Shown here: positions 55,116 to 57,470 of the stretch, piece by piece
Numbering within the stretch: position 1 is the stretch's first letter
How the letters are laid out: each line of letters begins with the position of its first letter
Assembly (NCBI GenBank): GCA_034110705.1
Contig: JAWUYR010000028.1
Span: forward strand, 1 to 57,470
DNA from: Gammaproteobacteria bacterium
GTDB taxonomy: Bacteria > Pseudomonadota > Gammaproteobacteria > JABDGN01
Length of the DNA stretch: 57,470 bases
Reading direction: 5' to 3'
Notes under the pieces: generated by a model
Databases searched by the model: none
Seen by the model: the letters and a program-made list of their open reading frames with translations, nothing else
Told to the model about the DNA's origin: nothing
Program-made: the position numbers and the translations under genes

Positions 55116-56753
55116 CTATTCCATGGGAGGAAGATCTCTAGGCTCAACTGGATGATCATTGCCGTCATTATCATGTGAGCCATTATCAGTCTCGCCATTA
55201 TTATGCCGCTCTACAGGTAATCCCTCAGGGTTAGAGTCATTCGGAGAGTCCGTTTTAGGCTCAATAGTAACAGGTGCTGCAACAACATGCTGTACCACAG
55301 ATCCATCTCCTTTTGGTACATTCAGAGTCTCATCCGGGGCTTTATCAGTTCCCTCTGTAAAAGTATTCACCTCTTGAGTTAGATCCTTTATATGTGCTGT
55401 CAAAGCATTTGCTTTTTGCTGGCGTGAGCCCTCAGTTAGTGAGAGTTTTGATAAAAAGCTTTTGAAAAAATCTTTTACACGCGCAGTTGTACCGCCAGAT
55501 TCGATAGAGGTGTAGATATCACCTAAACTAGTATGAGCCTCTTGCAAATCAGATGTTGTTGATTCTAGCTTAACTAATTGCTCAACTGATAATTGTTTTC
55601 CATCTGCTGTCTGAGCATCATAACTTTTTTTCAATGCCTTTGATGCCAATGATAATGCACCATAAGCTTCTCCATAAGCTTTGCGCAAGGAGGCCTTCCC
55701 TTTGCTCGGCATAGGTGATTGACTAACATCTGTATTTAATGACGTAAGGCTCTCAGATGCACGCTCATTCAGCACTTTAGCATAAGATTTTACATACTCA
55801 TCATAAAAACTCTCAACATTCTTTTCGTTTGTTCCACTTGGAAAGGCAGTGTCACTGCTTGGATCAGCTACACTTTTTAAGCTATCTAAAAAGCTAAGCT
55901 GGGCTTTTGGATCCATATCTTTAGTTAAGTCAAGTAAGCTATCAACACTAGCCGTGTTTGCAGCATCATCATCCGACCATTTTTTTGCTATTCTAGACAC
56001 TAGTGTATTAGCCATTGCCGCACCAAATGTTTCTGGCTTACCCTCACCATCTTTGCCGGTCACTACGGATAAAAGGTTGGTTTGCTCGTCGGCAGGTAAT
56101 TTTGAAAATGCTTCGAAAGTATCTGTTAACTCGGCCGGAGATGTAAATTTACTCATTTTCCCCAACACAGCTTCTTGAACTAACGTACCCTGGGCAGATC
56201 CAAGATAATAAGCTGCGTCTGAATCAGCCGGCAAAGCACTAATAGCAACCGTAGAAGCACCAAGCGTTGTCGCAAGACTAGGCCAATCAATCTGCCCTTC
56301 TGGCAGCTCACCTGAAGCTGTTTGTGTTTTTAATACATCAACATATGCGGCAAAATCACCGGGCGCTGCCTTTTCTTCTGCAAATTTATCCCCCATAGAG
56401 ATAACCGCATTCATTCTATGGTATTGACTATTCTGCGCATCTGTCAACTTACCGGATTTCTCCAAGCTCGTTAAGTTCTGCTCTATAACATCCAGATTTT
56501 TGTTCGTTAATGCACCCCATGCTTTACCAGACAAATTTTCTAAACTATCTAAATAACGTCCTGCAGTATCAGAGGTAATCTCGCCAGTGTTAACCGAAGA
56601 GACCAAACGCTTAACTGAAAGTGGCGGCTGAGAAGTGCTCTGCTCGGGTCCGGTAACGGTGGGGGAGCTCTCATTGGCAAAGACTACCGTGCTATTTAAG
56701 CCCAATAGAGCAACACAAATAACAGCCGTTTTACTAAAATTAAAATTGATCAT
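55116..56753 (-). CDS. Hypothetical exported alpha-helical protein with acidic His/Pro-rich C-tail (similar to the 17234 and 18656 genes)
   Basis: 545-aa ORF with signal peptide (..NSTVVFA), GAGG RBS and tail DETLNVPKGDGSVVQHVVAAPV...DHPVEPRDLPPME. Confidence 0.8.
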   Translation of the reverse strand: MINFNFSKTAVICVALLGLNSTVVFANESSPTVTGPEQSTSQPPLSVKRLVSSVNTGEITSDTAGRYLDSLENLSGKAWGALTNKNLDVIEQNLTSLEKSGKLTDAQNSQYHRMNAVISMGDKFAEEKAAPGDFAAYVDVLKTQTASGELPEGQIDWPSLATTLGASTVAISALPADSDAAYYLGSAQGTLVQEAVLGKMSKFTSPAELTDTFEAFSKLPADEQTNLLSVVTGKDGEGKPETFGAAMANTLVSRIAKKWSDDDAANTASVDSLLDLTKDMDPKAQLSFLDSLKSVADPSSDTAFPSGTNEKNVESFYDEYVKSYAKVLNERASESLTSLNTDVSQSPMPSKGKASLRKAYGEAYGALSLASKALKKSYDAQTADGKQLSVEQLVKLESTTSDLQEAHTSLGDIYTSIESGGTTARVKDFFKSFLSKLSLTEGSRQQKANALTAHIKDLTQEVNTFTEGTDKAPDETLNVPKGDGSVVQHVVAAPVTIEPKTDSPNDSNPEGLPVERHNNGETDNGSHDNDGNDHPVEPRDLPPME

Positions 56754-56973
56754 GAGCTACCTCTTTTATTAACTATTCATGTATGCGTTCAGACACGCTA
56801 AAAATTTACTAAAAATACAACATGAAACTTGGTTAATTTTGTAGTCATAAAATGTTCCCCTTTCCATGCAGCTCTTAAATTTCATTTCCATATACTTGAA
56901 AAGTATAGTGCATTAGCCTGAGATTTCCACAACTCAGAGAATTTATTTTGCTGGCTTGTTTAAAAATCACACG

Positions 56974-57470
56974 CTAACTATCAACCACTTCAATTTTACT
57001 GACTCGTTGATAACCACGTGGTAATTTATTACCTCGTTGTGCCCGCTGGCCACGATAATGCTCTAGGTCTTTCATTTTTAAGCTGATATGACGGGTGCCA
57101 GAATACAGCTGTAAAATTTGATTCGGCTTAACAATAGCAACATCAATCACAAATTCTTCTCGTGTTTTATACTTGGCCGTAGGCACGTTAATAATTTTAT
57201 TACCTTTGCCTTTAGCAAGCTCTGGCAGCTCGGAGATTGGAAACATTAATAACCGACCGATATTCGTCACGGCAACGATCTGATCCTTTTTTAAATCTGT
57301 GACTGGCGTAATGGTGAGCACGCGACCAGCTTCTGGCACTTTAATCACGGCTTTACCACTTTTGTTTTTTGTCATTAAGTCTTCGATTTTTGCAACAAAA
57401 CCATAACCTGAGTCGGCTGCTAATAAAACGGTTTGTTCGTTTGCGCCCATTGTTACTGCGTCAAAACCAC
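56974..57470 (-). CDS. parC: DNA topoisomerase IV subunit A, C-terminal part (runs off the window end)
   Basis: SGYGFV, NKSGKA, GRLLMFP..ELPELAKGKGNKII, RGNKLPRG. Confidence 0.93.
   Translation of the reverse strand, partial: GFDAVTMGANEQTVLLAADSGYGFVAKIEDLMTKNKSGKAVIKVPEAGRVLTITPVTDLKKDQIVAVTNIGRLLMFPISELPELAKGKGNKIINVPTAKYKTREEFVIDVAIVKPNQILQLYSGTRHISLKMKDLEHYRGQRAQRGNKLPRGYQRVSKIEVVDS

Noticed and set aside
1414-56178. Many short ORFs antisense to or overlapping called genes in the ORF track (for example 1414-1731, 18710-19159, 19620-20060, 46682-47086)
   Set aside because: These are shadow ORFs of well-supported genes, with no recognisable motifs.

Overview
AT-rich gammaproteobacterial chromosome segment, probably from a Legionellales/Coxiella-like host-associated lineage (inferred from an LqsR orthologue). 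The housekeeping genes are intact: engB, dsbA, uvrD, argS, priA, rsmE, metK-ahcY-metF, tRNA-Arg(CCG), an Art-type amino-acid ABC transporter and the parC 3' end. An island of about 25 kb lies between priA and argS. It carries a type VI secretion cluster (tssJKLM-A-BC-hcp-EFG-vgrG, no clpV) whose core has 14 nonsense or frameshift lesions. Its Burkholderia T6SS-5-type tip module (DUF2169-pentapeptide, pentapeptide, DUF3540, DUF4150/PAAR-like) is intact. Directly downstream are three signal-peptide proteins, one of them decayed. Together with a fourth gene beside parC, they share a C-terminal module I do not recognise (amphipathic helix, coiled coil, 'ETL..P..GGV...E.PV', acidic His/Pro tail). 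The window also holds a dispersed Lqs/Cqs-like quorum-sensing set: an alpha-oxoamine synthase with SPT/AONS-type rather than CqsA-type motifs, convergent on a CqsS/LqsS-like sensor kinase, plus an LqsR orthologue about 32 kb away. Pseudogenes outside the island (oxyR, an FAD/Fe-S oxidoreductase, a sugar porter) point to ongoing genome decay. All homology calls come from motif recognition by eye; no database was searched.
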